A stretch of DNA of 64,000 nt from Octopus vulgaris. Lineage: Eukaryota. A model generated the notes under the pieces. It ran no database searches. It was not told where the DNA came from and was given only the letters and a program-made list of their open reading frames with translations. The stretch is from contig OX597834.1 in assembly GCA_951406725.2 (NCBI GenBank), positions 22,196,001 to 22,260,000 of the forward strand, read 5' to 3'. Positions 25,866 to 39,067 of the stretch are shown here, one piece after another; the first letter of the stretch is position 1; every line of letters begins with the position of its first letter. The translations under genes were made by a program, and so were the position numbers.

Positions 25866-26632
25866 GTCTATATAAACCCTTCAAAGTAGTGCCCCAGCAT
25901 GGCTGCAGTCCAATGACTAAAACGAGATGAAGGTTAAAAGATATAGTGTGCAGAAGCTAAGAATTATGGACATCATCATAGGTGAACAATGGCACCCTTG
26001 GTTATAGGTTTCCAATGAAATTGTAACATTATCACTAACTTCTAAGTCATGATTAGCACAAGTGAAACTGGTTGACTCTGTAAATATTTTATTTCATAAA
26101 AATATATATCTTTTGTTCAATATAAAATATCTATGCATTTTGCTTCTCTTTATATTTTTTCACTACAATTCACCATGTGGAAAAAAAATTCTTATCAAAC
26201 CTCCTCACTATATATATGCATGTATATATATATATGTATACACTCACATATACTTTAATATACAACTTCTAAGCTGAAATAGATTACGTACATGCATATA
26301 ATATATTAAAGTATATAGGTTTAAAGCAAGCAAGCCAAGTTTTTTTTTTCATTTTATTATTAAATTATTCAACTTTGGTGGAAACTTTTGCTTACCAAAT
26401 ATAGGGAACATAGCAGCAGCAGCAGTAGTAGTAGTAGCAAATGATAATGGTTGAGTAAACCTTGAAATTTTACTCTAGCTTTGATTGAATTATTGGAGGA
26501 GCTGGTCTGACGGTTGGTTGGGTGGTTGACAGGCTGGCTGTTCGGTCGGTTGGTGGGTTGGTCGGCTGGTTTAAACTATAATAAATCTACCATATCACAT
26601 GTCCTTGTATGTGTGTACCATTAACTCATTGA

Positions 26633-26674
<42 letters not shown>

Positions 26675-28194
26675 TTCCCTCCCTCTCTTCCTCTCCCCAC
26701 TCTCTCTGCAGAAGGGCCAACAGCAGTAGATTGAACAAAGAGAGAACTGCATGTGCATGTGTGTGTGTGTGTGTGTGTTTGCCTGTGTGTGTGTGTCTGT
26801 GTGTATGTATGTGTGTGTGTATGTATGTGTGTGTGTATGTATGTGTGTGTATGTATGTGTGAGTGTGTGTGTGTGTATGTATGTGTGTGTGTATGTGTGT
26901 GTGTATGTATGTGTGTGTGTGTGTGTAAGTGAGGATGGTCTTTAAGGAGCACAGAGGTGAAACAGTCTTGGCAATCTGCTCCATCTTATCATCACACTCA
27001 TCAGGGTTTCGCATGTAGATATAATCTCTCTCCCTTCTTCATGTCTTCACCTTCTCTTTTCTTTCGCAATGTTGGGTCAATAATTGTTCATTTCCCCCCC
27101 ACCCCACCCCCCACCCCGTTTTGCCTTTGGATATCTTATTCATTCATTTATTTATTTTTACAAAAATCAGGATCCATCACATAAAGGGAGACTCATGTGA
27201 CTTAACCCTTCCTCCCTCTCTTTCACTCTCTCTCCCTACCATTAACACCCAAAGTATTCAACGTCTGTTGTTAGTAGTCCTAATCCTATTATCTATTTGC
27301 TTATTTATAATGCACGGTCCTCCCTTTCTTTGTGTATCCATTTTTTTCCTATGTCTTTCTGTTTTTCTGTTGTGTCTATCTATCTATCTATCTATTTGTC
27401 CTTATTTACAACTCAATCTAGCTGTACATCATTTATTCTCTCTTCTAGCTATCTATCTATATAACTACATAACTATCTATCCATCCATCATTCTTTATTT
27501 CAGTTTATATGTCAATCTGTCATCTATATATCTGTTTATCACCTATCTATCTATCTATCCATCTGTCTTTTTATCTGTTTATCAACTATCTGTCTATATA
27601 TCTATCTATCCATCCATCTGTTTATACTTTTATCTATCTATCTATCCTTTCATCTATCCGGCCACTCATCCATCTATCAATCATCTATCTATATTTATCA
27701 ATCTATCCACATCCATGTATCTATATCTATCTGTCTATCTACCACTCTATATATTTATCTATCCATCCATCTATCCACCCATCCACCCATCTACCTGTCT
27801 TCCCGCTCACCTACCCAGCACTGATCATCTCTCTCACTTGTTCATTTTACCTTTTTGAAGTTTAACTCATGTGACATTTCAACATCTATTTCATTTTATT
27901 TTATTTCAACATATTTTATTATATTTTATCACAATTAATAAACAAAACCATCTTTGGTTACATGTTTCCGACCAGCCAATCTCTGGTTCACTGCCTTTCT
28001 GATAGCAAAAGAGACAAGAGAGTGTCTGTCTCTATAACTCTGTACAGGAAATATCTCTAGAGACTCTGTTCTAAAATGCCAATTTTTATTTTATTTTATC
28101 TTCTTTTTTTTTCATTATTGTCTCTCTTGTTTATAACTTTCATCAATATATATCACAATGAGATACATATACACACACATGCAAATAAATAAAT

Positions 28195-28271
<77 letters not shown>

Positions 28272-28431
28272 ATATTTTAACATGTATAAGGAGCTCCTTA
28301 ATTTTGGTGGCTTAAAATTTGGAAAAAGATTTTGTAAGGGATTATAATACTATCCCTATATGAGAAACTCCCATATTTTTTTAACCTATTTTTTGTCAAA
28401 AAAGGTTTCTTATACACGTTAAAATATGGTG

Positions 28432-28466
<35 letters not shown>

Positions 28467-28493
28467 ATATATATATTATATATATATATATAG

Positions 28494-28675
28494 GGAGAGT
28501 TTACGAAAAAACAAAAGACGAAGACAGGTGGTGTACAAAACAAACAGATGTATTAGTATAACGCTCAGGAATAGAAAAAGTCTTTTACGTTTCGAGTCTA
28601 CGCTCTTCTACAGAAAGGGACACAGAAAAAAACAAGGAGAGAAAAAAATGTGTGTAGTGGCTAACGATCTATCAT
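28494..28675 (-). mobile_element. Penelope-like pseudo-LTR fragment carrying a hammerhead-like motif (28582-28617)
   Basis: Homologous to 36123-36305. Minus strand reads CTTT-CTGTAGA-A-GAG-CGTAGA-CTC-GAAA-CGTA-AAAG. Confidence 0.55.
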
Positions 28676-28953
28676 TCCCGTTGATCTGATCAATGGAATG
28701 GCCTGCTCAGGAAATCAGTGTGCAAGTGGCTGAGTACTCCACAGATACACATAACCTTAATGTAGTTCTCAAGGAGATACAGTGTGACAAGGCTGGCTCC
28801 TTTGAATTACAGGTACAGCTCATTCTTGCCAGCTGAGTGGACTGGGGCAACGTGAAATAAAGTGTCTTGCTCAAGGACACAATGCTTCGCCAAGAATGGA
28901 ACTGATGACTTTACGATCGTAAACCAAAATCCCTAACCACTAAGCAACATGCC
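28676..28953 (-). mobile_element. SINE family C
   Basis: Collinear with the 19312 and 43083 copies. Confidence 0.8.
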
Positions 28954-28960
28954 TTCCAAT

Positions 28961-29179
28961 CTCTTTACTCTCTCTTTTACTCTTTTACTTGTGTCAGTCA
29001 TTTTGACTGCAGCCATGCTGGAGCACTGCCTTTAATCGAGCAACTTGACCCCGGGACTTATTCTTTGTAAGCCCAGTACTTATTCTATCGGTCTCTTTTG
29101 CCGAACCACTAAGTGACGGGGATGTAAACACACCAGCATCGGTTGTCAAGCAATGCTAGGGGGACAAACACAGACACAA

Positions 29180-29210
<31 letters not shown>

Positions 29211-29382
29211 CATATATACGACAGGCTTCTTTCAGTTTCCATCTACCAAATCCACTCACAAGGCATTGGTCGGCCCGGGGCTATAGCAGAAGACACTTGC
29301 CCAAGATGCCACGCAGTGGGACTGAACCTGGAACCATGTGGTTGGTTAGCAAGCTACTTACCACACAGCCACTCCTGCGCCT
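28961..29382 (-). mobile_element. SINE family A, full-length young copy
   Basis: Pol III A box TGGCTGTGTGG and B box GGTTCAGTCCC on the minus strand, internal (TA)/(TG)n, (AGAGTAAA)-type tail; nearly identical to 32087-32489. Confidence 0.92.
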
Positions 29383-30055
29383 ATGGACTGGACTCATTTA
29401 GTCTTTTCCTTTCTTTCTTTATTTCTCTGTTTCTTTTATTCAGTTATTGACACCCCACCCCCACCCACGTCCTCTTTCAGTCCATCTTTCATCTTACACA
29501 ACACTTATTTTGTCCCTGTGACATCCCTTCACTTCCAAAATCCCTGAACTTACAAAATGACAAGCTTCCATTTTTTTCTTTCTTTCTGTCCCCCACCGCT
29601 GCCTCCCCCCCTGCTGTCACACAGATGCCCTTCCTTCCACTGCACTCTGCCCCCTCCTCCCCCACCACCGCCACCACCACTTTCCACCTGCCAAATCTCT
29701 TCATGTTTTTGTTTGTCCAAAGAAATGGCAAAGAGGCTGCCACCAGCCACTTGTCTAGGTTTCTTTTTTTTCTTTCTTTGATGTAATTATTACTGGCCCT
29801 CTTCCCTTGCTCTCCCTCTCTCGCTCTCTCTGCTTATTTTCCCCCTCTCCCTGCTCCTGATAGGCACACAAGTACACACAAATGATACCTCTCTCACACA
29901 CACACACATTCCTATGTCTCACTGTTCACATGTATTACTTCATCTCTTTCTCTCTCTCTCTCTCACTTTACATATATACAGCTGATGTGTGTGTGTATAC
30001 ATACATGTGTGTCTGTGTGTGCATACATACATGTGTGTGTGTGTGTGTGCATACA

Positions 30056-30093
<38 letters not shown>

Positions 30094-30829
30094 TGTGTGT
30101 GTATGCCTTTGTTTGTTTTAAGTAGTTCTGTCCCTAGAATGGGTGGGATGGTTTTACAAATTCACACATTAGCATATGAATTGCCAGAGAAATGAGTTAA
30201 GCAGCTGAATGGTGTAACAAACCAATCGACCATGAAATGGGAGTATTACCTTGTTTCCAGTTCACTTGCACAGAGCAGGTTGAGAAATAACTTCTTTTAG
30301 GATTCCACTTAGAAATTAGAAAAGAGTTATTGTATATATTTATGTATTCTTCTTCTTAGTGCCAGATGTGAAATTTGAATGGAAATTTCACCAAAGTGAA
30401 TTAGCTTTGGGTTTCTTTAAAAATTAAGTAAATGTCTCGTAGTCCTTTTGAGGGGAAGGGCTCACTGCCAATGACATCATCCTCATCTTGTGTGTCATAG
30501 GCAAAAACCTGTCCGCTGGTACCCACCTCTCTTCAAAAATTTCTTTGTAAAGGGTGTAGAGAATTTAAAATTTCTTCTCTAATACGTTACCATGTGTTGC
30601 TGAGATTTTATCATTGCTGTCATCAGCATTATCATTTTGTCATCAACATTATCATTGCTATCATTATCATCATCATGGTCATCAATATTATTCATGGCTG
30701 TCACCAACATTATCTTCATTATCATGGTTTTCATCAAAATAATCGTCAGTCAGCATTGTCATGCAATCGCTATTATTATTTCATTGTTCATTCACATTTG
30801 TTTCTTCTACATTATCATCATTGCATGAG

Positions 30830-30935
30830 TCAGATGGAATTTGTTGAGGCAAATTTTTCTGACTGGATGCCCTTCCTGTCACCAACCCTTGCCTGTTTCC
30901 GAACAAGGTAATATTTCCCCATGGACAGACATGTT
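30830..30935 (-). mobile_element. Family B-like 3' fragment
   Basis: CTGGATGCCCTTCCTGTCACCAACCCTTGCCTGTTTC..TTTCCCCATGG is the reverse complement of 43755-43845. Confidence 0.6.
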
Positions 30936-32086
30936 TACAGCTGGTGTCATTTGTTTTAAGTTTTCTACATAAAACATATCATCCAGGCTGTTTGGGTTCA
31001 AAAGACCAAGAAATTATTACTCCACTTGGAAACAGGTGTTAGGGTGGTATTAGAAAGGATATCTAACCTGACAAAAAACTCTGCCCCAAAGTACCAGAGT
31101 TGCTATCGTCTGACCCATAGACAAGTAGACATTAAAACAATGATTGATGGTGATGATCATGAAGTGGATAATGATATGTTTATGCGTGTATGTGTTGAGG
31201 GAAGAGGAAGCAAGTGAAATTTATACCGCATCTGCTGTTTCAGGTTAAATTTGCTGGATTACAATTGCTTTAGTTATTATTGATATCTCACTTGTTGCCT
31301 TTTGTATGATCTGAGTTAGGAATTGATTAACAGAAAGCCGCCTGGAAATATGTAAGACACTAACTAAATAATTAAAAAAAATAAAATAGTGGAGCTGGGA
31401 TGCTTAAAACGTTGTAAGAAAGTGTTTATTTATTAACATTTTATTGGCAACGAGATTCGATTCAAATTTGGGAAGCAAGCCAGAAGAACTACGAATAAAG
31501 AGAAGTCAAAGCTACAACTAGTAACATTCAAATCAAGTTATTGTATTATTGAACTAAGTTTCTCGTTTCAACCACATGTTTACTACAAAGTACTTCAATG
31601 GTTATTTGCTTTTTTTAAAGAATTTTTTTTTAACTGAAAAATGTAAAAAAAAAAAAAGTTTGTATTTTTTTTTCCTCTGGGGCAGTTCTTTTTTTATAGT
31701 AAATTATTAAGGATTTATTATGATTAAACTACAGAGAATTAATTATAGTGGAACAGAAGACAAAATGGCATCAGTTATTAATCAGTAATCTATTTACACT
31801 GTTGCTGCTGTAAGTCTTAAGTTCCATTCTTTGTTACAGATTTTGGTTTGTACTGCAAGTAAAAAAAATTATTAAAATCAAAATTGAAATGAAAAAAAAG
31901 AGAAAGGTTCAGTTTTTATTTTGGGGGAACATGGGAGATAAATATTCTCCTGAACATTGTGCAGCAGGTTGACAGCAAATAACATAACAAAATAATTTGG
32001 GATTTATTCCTTGGCTGTTGTTTTTGTAACTGTTCCACTTCAAATCTTTAAGCAGATACATCTCTCTCTAACCCTCTCTCTATCTA

Positions 32087-32286
32087 TACTCTTTACTCTT
32101 TTACTTGTTTCACTCATTTGACTGCGGCCATGCTGGAGCACCGCCTTTAGTCGAGCAAATCGACCCCGGGACTTATTCTTTGTAAGCCCAGTACTTATTC
32201 TATCGGTCTCTTTTGCCGAACTGCTAAGTGACGGGGACGTAAACACACCAGCATCGGTTGTCAAGCAATGCTAGGGGAACAAACAA

Positions 32287-32325
<39 letters not shown>

Positions 32326-32489
32326 CGACAGGCTTCTTTCAGTTTCCGTCTACCAAATCCACTCACAAGGCATTGGTCGGCCCGGGGCTATAGCAGAAGA
32401 CACTTGCCCAAGATGCCACGCAGTGGGACTGAACCCGGAACCATGTGGTTGGTTAGCAAGCTACTTACCACACAGCCACTCCTGCGCCT
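32087..32489 (-). mobile_element. SINE family A, full-length young copy
   Basis: Same features as the 28961 copy; CpG-rich and little diverged. Confidence 0.92.
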
Positions 32490-32883
32490 ATATGTCTATT
32501 TATTTATCCCTTTATCTATCAATCTATCTATCTATCTATCTGTCTGTCTATCACAAAATCTGGTTAATTGTGCAAGGTAGGCAAAAGATAAAAATCAGCC
32601 ATTTGTCACAAAGTAATCAGTACAATTTCTCATTAAACCCATTCAGCTTTTCGTTATTGGATTAAGGACTAGCCATGTTCTTTCTGTTATTTATCGCTGT
32701 TATTTAACCCAAGGTCAACTCTAATTAATGATCGTGGTTGTCTTCCAACCGGCCTCATCTTTTCATGCCAGTCTAGAATTACATTATCAGATACGTCCTT
32801 CCACTAGGCAAGGTGACAAAAATTTTTGGGGTAATGAAGGAGTGGAGTTGGGTAATTTGGCTGTTATTTCTAGCACATAGAGG

Positions 32884-32923
<40 letters not shown>

Positions 32924-33289
32924 AGTTCATGGCTCAAAGTGCTGGTTGTGTTTCTCATTGATGTGAGCTTATCAATGAATAAATGAAGAGCAATCAACAT
33001 TCTGTTCTATTCTAAATAACTTATTCCTGATATCTTGCCATTGTTACCAAATAGGTTTAGCTGTCAGTTTTTGGAATTCAGGAATACACAGACAATACCA
33101 GTGAGATAAGACCGACCAGAAAGAGGCAGCGACAGAGGGAAGGAGATAGTTTCTCCATTCTCTCTCTCCCTCGCTCCCTCCCCCTCTCTCACTTTCTCTC
33201 TCTCTTAGAAAGAGACAAAGAGGGATAGAAAGATCATTTATTTTATTTTCCTATTTACATCAGCATATATCTGTGTGTGAATGTGTTTC

Positions 33290-33357
33290 TATTAGTATGT
33301 GTGTGCATGCATATATATAGACATATATATATATATATATATATGTATATATTTATA

Positions 33358-33401
<44 letters not shown>

Positions 33402-33455
33402 TATTTCTGTATGGCTCATTTGAATGGGTGTAATCTAAGTATGTGTGTGTGTATG

Positions 33456-33523
<68 letters not shown>

Positions 33524-33624
33524 TATGCATATATATATATACATATATATGCATATATATATACATATATATGCATATATATATATGTATGTATGTATAT
33601 AAATATATGTATGTATGTATATAA

Positions 33625-33680
<56 letters not shown>
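33290..33680. repeat. (TA)n/(TG)n compound microsatellite
   Basis: Direct inspection. Confidence 0.9.
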
Positions 33681-33919
33681 CTGTCTCTTTCTGTATGTTT
33701 ATATGTGAATGTGTGCATACAGTAATGATAACATTGCAAGACTTCTCTCACCCTCTTCGCATCAATATATTGGAAATGTGAGCTGGTCTTAAACATATGA
33801 TGTTTAATGGTTAACTTTCTTTTTTTTTTTACCTTAGAAATATTATAAACGAACAACTTCGTTAATCAAATTCTCTCTTCAAAATGATATTTCATAGAAT
33901 TTTCATTACACATTTGTTG

Positions 33920-33992
<73 letters not shown>

Positions 33993-34354
33993 CTTCATTT
34001 TTCTAAGTTTTTTTTTTTTGACTTCCTCTTTTCCCCACCTTCGAAATATTATTGTTTGTTTTTGTTGTTTTTCATATTTTTTAAAATAAATAAATAAATT
34101 ATGCATACATACATACACACACACATACATACATACATACATACATACATACATACATACATACATAGTGTATGTACATAACATGCTGTAGGGTAAGAAG
34201 TTGGGTGGATTATAAAAGAATATTGCCAATTATCCCACCCTTGTCACCAACACCAGCACCTTTTTTCAGATACATACATATACATGTGTATGTATATATA
34301 TATACATATATTTACACACACACACACATATTTACACATACATATATATATATT

Positions 34355-34390
<36 letters not shown>

Positions 34391-35003
34391 CATATGCATA
34401 AATATATATATATACTTATACACATATATATGTATATACACACATATGTGTGTGTGTGTGTGTGTAAATATCACAAACAAACACGTTCGTGTGTTGCTTC
34501 ATTCATTTCTCCCCCTGTTTTGTCATCCTCCACTGTTTAGTTTTTTGACAAAATTTCTATAACCAATATTTAAATTACAGCCTTGCCTCGACAATATTCT
34601 CTTACCAAAGAATATACTTGTATTGATCAACTTATTATTGCCAAGTCTTAGAAAGAAAGAAAAAAAAGTTGTAATAATAATAATAATAATAAAAGACATT
34701 GTATTCAATTTAATCTTCATCAGTTTCCCCCTCTGCCTCTTCTCTTCAAGTAATTTTATTTAAGCTCATATGGCCTTATTAGATGTATCTATAGAATGTA
34801 GATTGCTTTATAGTCTTTGTTCCCCCCCCCCAACCCGTGTTGTTTTGTTTGGGGGGGGTGATTTTTTAATGCTCTCTTACTTATCATTATCTTTCACTCT
34901 ATTCATTATATATGGTTGCATGCGTATATGTATACATATTTATATATGTGTGTGTGTGTTTGTATGGATGAGTGTATAAGCATCTGTACATGTGTGTGTA
35001 TAG

Positions 35004-35047
<44 letters not shown>

Positions 35048-35293
35048 ATATATGTATGTATATATATATATATATATACATATATACACACACACACACA
35101 CACACAAATATATATATCTACATATATGCACACACACACACATGCAAATATACATATATACACGCATATAAATATATGTTTGTGTGTATGTATGTATGTT
35201 TGTATGGATATATATGTATAAATGTGTGTGTAGAAATCTATCTCTATCTACTCATGTGCATATATATATAAACATATATATAGATATAGATAG

Positions 35294-35340
<47 letters not shown>

Positions 35341-35691
35341 CACATACACACACCTTTCTCTATATCATTTTGTCAATCTCTTTATATATAATAATTATTT
35401 AATTCATTATTAGTCCTATTTAAAACCGTTTTATGCTTCAATACCATAAAAGCCCAATTATCTACACTTCTCTATTCTTTTAATTTCAAAATAAGGATTC
35501 TATAGAGAAAAAGAAAACCGATATTTTTTGTTTTCATTTTTATTTTTATTTCCTCCACATATATGTGTTTGACAAAACAGGAGTAGCTTCCTAGCTCCAT
35601 AGCTTCAAAGCATCCATGTGTAGAGCCAGGTTGATAACTTACATGTCTACCACATGACTTTGTGTGAATTTATATTCAGAGATTTCCCACA

Positions 35692-35860
35692 AGCATGGTT
35701 GTGTTGTTAAGGAGCTTGCTTTGCAACCATGTGGGTTTTTTTAGTTCAGTCCCCCACTGTGCAGCATCTTGGACAACTGCCTTCAGCTCTAGCCCCTGGG
35801 CTGACCATTGCCTTGTGAGTGAATATAGTAAACGGAAGCTATGTAGAAGCCCGTCATATA
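35692..35860 (+). mobile_element. SINE A-type 5' half, degraded
   Basis: GGAGCTTGCTTTGCAACCATGTGG..GTTCAGTCCC..GCCTTGTGAGTG..GAAGCCCGTC. Confidence 0.65.
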
Positions 35861-35909
35861 CATACATACATACATATATATATATGTATGTATATATTTA
35901 TATATATAT

Positions 35910-36440
35910 ACAGTATTATTGGATGCTCAGGAAAGCAGGAGGGTTTAACATTTCAAGCGGAGCTCTTCGTCGGAAACATAGGAGAAGGAAAGATCTAGAG
36001 AAGGGAAGACAGAGGGAAAAAAATCGCCAATGGTACACACACGGTCACATTTTGAATATATAGGTATATATATGTATATACCTATATACATATATATACA
36101 TACACACACACACACACACATAGTTGAAATTTACAGAAAGCCAAAAGACAAAGACATTGTATAAACAACAAGTAGGTGTCTTAGTTGGACACTTGGGAAG
36201 GTGAGAAAGTCTTTTACATTTCGAGCTTATGCTCTTCAACAGAAAGGAACATGAGGAAATAAACAGAGAGAGAATAAAAAATTTGTGGATTTAGCAATTA
36301 ATCATGGTGACACACATATCTCTGATGATTCTGATGTTCGGAACGTCAGAGGCCTTTTTCTGTTTTCTCAAGTGTGAAACTAATACAATCTTTCTGAAAA
36401 CTTTCCCTCTTGTGACTTTTGTTTTTCTTGTTTTCGCTCA
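35910..36440. mobile_element. Cluster of three Penelope-like pseudo-LTR fragments with hammerhead-like motifs (- 35943-35977, - 36211-36246, + 36319-36350)
   Basis: GTTT-CCGACGA-A-GAGC-TCC-GCTT-GAAA-TGTT-AAAC; CTTT-CTGTTGA-A-GAGC-ATAA-GCTC-GAAA-TGTA-AAAG; TCT-CTGATGA-...-GGAA-CGTC-AGA. Each is followed by a related pyrimidine-rich/CTAATAC-like segment. Confidence 0.55.
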
Positions 36441-36494
36441 TTCATTATATATGTATGTATAGATGGTATGTATGTACATATATGTGTGTATGGC

Positions 36495-36636
36495 AAGCTT
36501 CTTTCAGTTTCCATCTACCAAACATACAAGGTTTGGGCTGGCAGCTATCATAGAAGACATTTGCCCAAGGTGCTGGACAGCGGGATTGAACCCAAAACCA
36601 GTAGTTGGGAAGCAAATTCCCCAACCAAACAGCCAT
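36495..36636 (-). mobile_element. SINE A-type 5' half
   Basis: GCTTCTTTCAGTTTCCATCTACCAA..TAGAAGACATTTGCCCAAGGTGC..GGGATTGAACCC..ACAGCCAT. Confidence 0.65.
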
Positions 36637-37084
36637 GATAAAAAAAATTAATGTAAGACATTTGATTTTTTTTTCTTTTTTCTTTTTCTAAAAAAAAAAA
36701 AAAGAAAAACAATGACTTCATCGATCACCTTGTCTTTGATTTCATTCCCCACTCCCCATCCCGCTTAGTTTCAGGTAAGTTAATAATGCGAAACCATTTA
36801 ACCAATGAAGCATGAACTTGGCATTGACTGAAGATGTTTTGTGTTCTGATTGCAGAACTAGAGGAATTGTTGGGAGTTCTTTGAAGTAAATAACTGAAAT
36901 TTCTTGTCTATGTTGTTGTCGTCGTGGTCACCATCATTAGGTCTCGGGTGAACCCCTAATTAGCAGACCTATGATCAAAGATATTCAAACTGTGACCCTT
37001 CTATTTTCTTTCAGGGGTGCTCTCCCCCATCCCCCGTCCCCTTTCTCCTTTTCTTCTTTTTCTTCATCATCTTACTATTATTGT

Positions 37085-37253
37085 ATTTTGCCAGTCTTTG
37101 CGTTCTGAGTTCAAATTCCATCAAGGTTGACTTTGCCTTTCATCCTTTCAAGGTTGATAAATTAAGTTTCAGTTACACATTGGGGTCGATGTAATCGACT
37201 AGCCCTCACCCCCACCCCTCACAATTTCAGGCTTTGTACCTATAGTAGAAAAG

Positions 37254-37306
<53 letters not shown>

Positions 37307-37535
37307 TATTAGTAAGGCAGCAAGCTGGCAGAATCGTTAGCATGCCAGGCAAAATGCTTAGCAGTACTTCATCTACTACTACAGTCTAAGACCAATTATG
37401 CTGGGATCAACTTTGCTTTTCATCCTTTCAAGTTCATTTTAAATAAGTACCAGTTACGCACTGGGGCTGACGTAATTGACTTAATCCCCTCCTGCCAAGC
37501 TGCCCTTGTGGCAAAATTTGAAATCGTTATTATTA
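37085..37535 (+). mobile_element. Two head-to-tail SINE family D copies joined by (ATT)n
   Basis: GTTCAAATTCC..GACTTTGCCTTTCATCCTTTC..GGGGTCGATGTAATCGAC..(ATT)n..AAGGCAGCAAGCTGGCAGAATCGTTAGC. Confidence 0.8.
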
Positions 37536-38174
37536 CTGTCTTTCAATTCTGTTTATGTATTAAATTTGGTGCTTTCGTCTTCCTATTCCTCCTTCTCCCT
37601 CCCCCCTCTCTCCCTTTTCAGTTCTTCGTCTTTTCCTTTTTCTGTTTTGCATTTCAACACAATAGGTTTGTCATTGAACTAATCAAATGTAGCTAATTAA
37701 CAACCAACAAACAAACGACCCAATACATACATTATATAAACGAGCAATAAGGCCCAGTCAAAACCATCACTTCGTCATAATAAAAATGGACGATGGTTAT
37801 TTTCGTTAGATTTAATTAACAAATTCTTATTCAGTAATTATTAAATTTTTCTTTCCCCGAGAATGTTATTGGATTTTACGAGAGCCAAATCCTTCCAAAA
37901 GATACTCGGTTAATTCCACGTAAACTTCATTTTTAATGAAGAATATGGAAAACGGTTTTTTTGTTGTTGTTTTGTTTTTCGTTTTTAATGTTATCTTTTG
38001 GGGAGAAAAATTTGCATTCAAATGAATTGTTCACAAGAACTTTAGAATGGCTTTTTCTGTGGTGATTAGTTAAAAATTCCATTTTATTAATTCATCGTTG
38101 TTATCACAATCACCATTATTTATTATTATTATTATTATTTATTTTATTTTTTTTTTTTTTATTATTATTATTTA

Positions 38175-38205
<31 letters not shown>

Positions 38206-38235
38206 GTTGTTGTTGTTGTTGTTATCATTATAATA

Positions 38236-38430
38236 AAAGCAGCAAGCTGGCAGAACCATTAGCACATGGGGCAAAATGTTTAGTGGCATTTCGTTTGTCT
38301 TTACATTCTGAGTTCAAATTCTGCTGAGGTTGACTTTGCTTTTCATCCTTTTGAAGTCAACAAAATAAGTACCAGTTGGGTGCTGGGGGTCAATGTAATT
38401 GACTTGTGACAGAATTTGAAAATATTATTA
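38236..38430 (+). mobile_element. SINE family D
   Basis: GCAAGCTGGCAGAA..GGCAAAATG..CTGAGTTCAAATTC..GACTTTGCTTTTCATCCTTTT..AAGTACCAG. Confidence 0.75.
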
Positions 38431-39067
38431 CTATTGTTGTTGTTGTTAAGACAAAATTTGTGTGGAATTAAATTATATTATTTCGCACAAACATCTGTTA
38501 TTATGTTCTTCTACTTAACGAACTCCTGTGGCATAAATCATCCTGTCACTACCACTCCCATTTACACATACTCCAAGCCTCTTTCTCTTATATACATACA
38601 CACACACACACACTGACATATATCTGTCTATGTATACATATATATATAAATATATTTAATTTATATATATGTGTGTGTGTATGCATATGTATGTGTGCAT
38701 GTATATGTGTATATATATATGTGCACACATACACATGTTCATTATTTCCGTTCGTTGTCTCTTTGCTTACTTCATCAGTGTTCTCAGATTCTGAGACACA
38801 TTCCTGATTCCCTTCAGAGATGTCACAGCAATTCTTAAATAATACTATTTAATGCCAGCAAAAACAAAAACAGTATACCAAGAAAAACATAGAATAATAA
38901 AAAAAAAAAAATGCCCCCCTACCTTCCTCCTCCCAAGGGCCAGTGTGAGTTTTAGCGCTTGCCTCTGGCTAGAGCCGTCTTCTTCATTGTTAAAGACAAA
39001 AGACACATTACTCATTACAAGATGCCGGGGCGCCAGTACCGGGGACCAGCACCGGCATCACATCACC

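Larger units (their letters stand above)
24790..25940 (+). mobile_element. Old SINE A-type copy split by a hAT MITE insertion (24790-25104 and 25866-25940)
   Basis: Head TGGCTGTGTGG..GGGTTCAGTCCCACTG; the body continues after the MITE with CCCTTCAAAGTAGTGCCCCAGCATGGCTGCAGTCCAATGACT. Confidence 0.7.

Noticed and set aside
27121-27858. 245-aa ORF
   Set aside because: Read-through of a (TATC/CATC)n field.
31244-31351. Plus-strand AG...GTAAG bracketed segment
   Set aside because: Stops in all three frames and no other support; such motifs are frequent by chance in AT-rich DNA.
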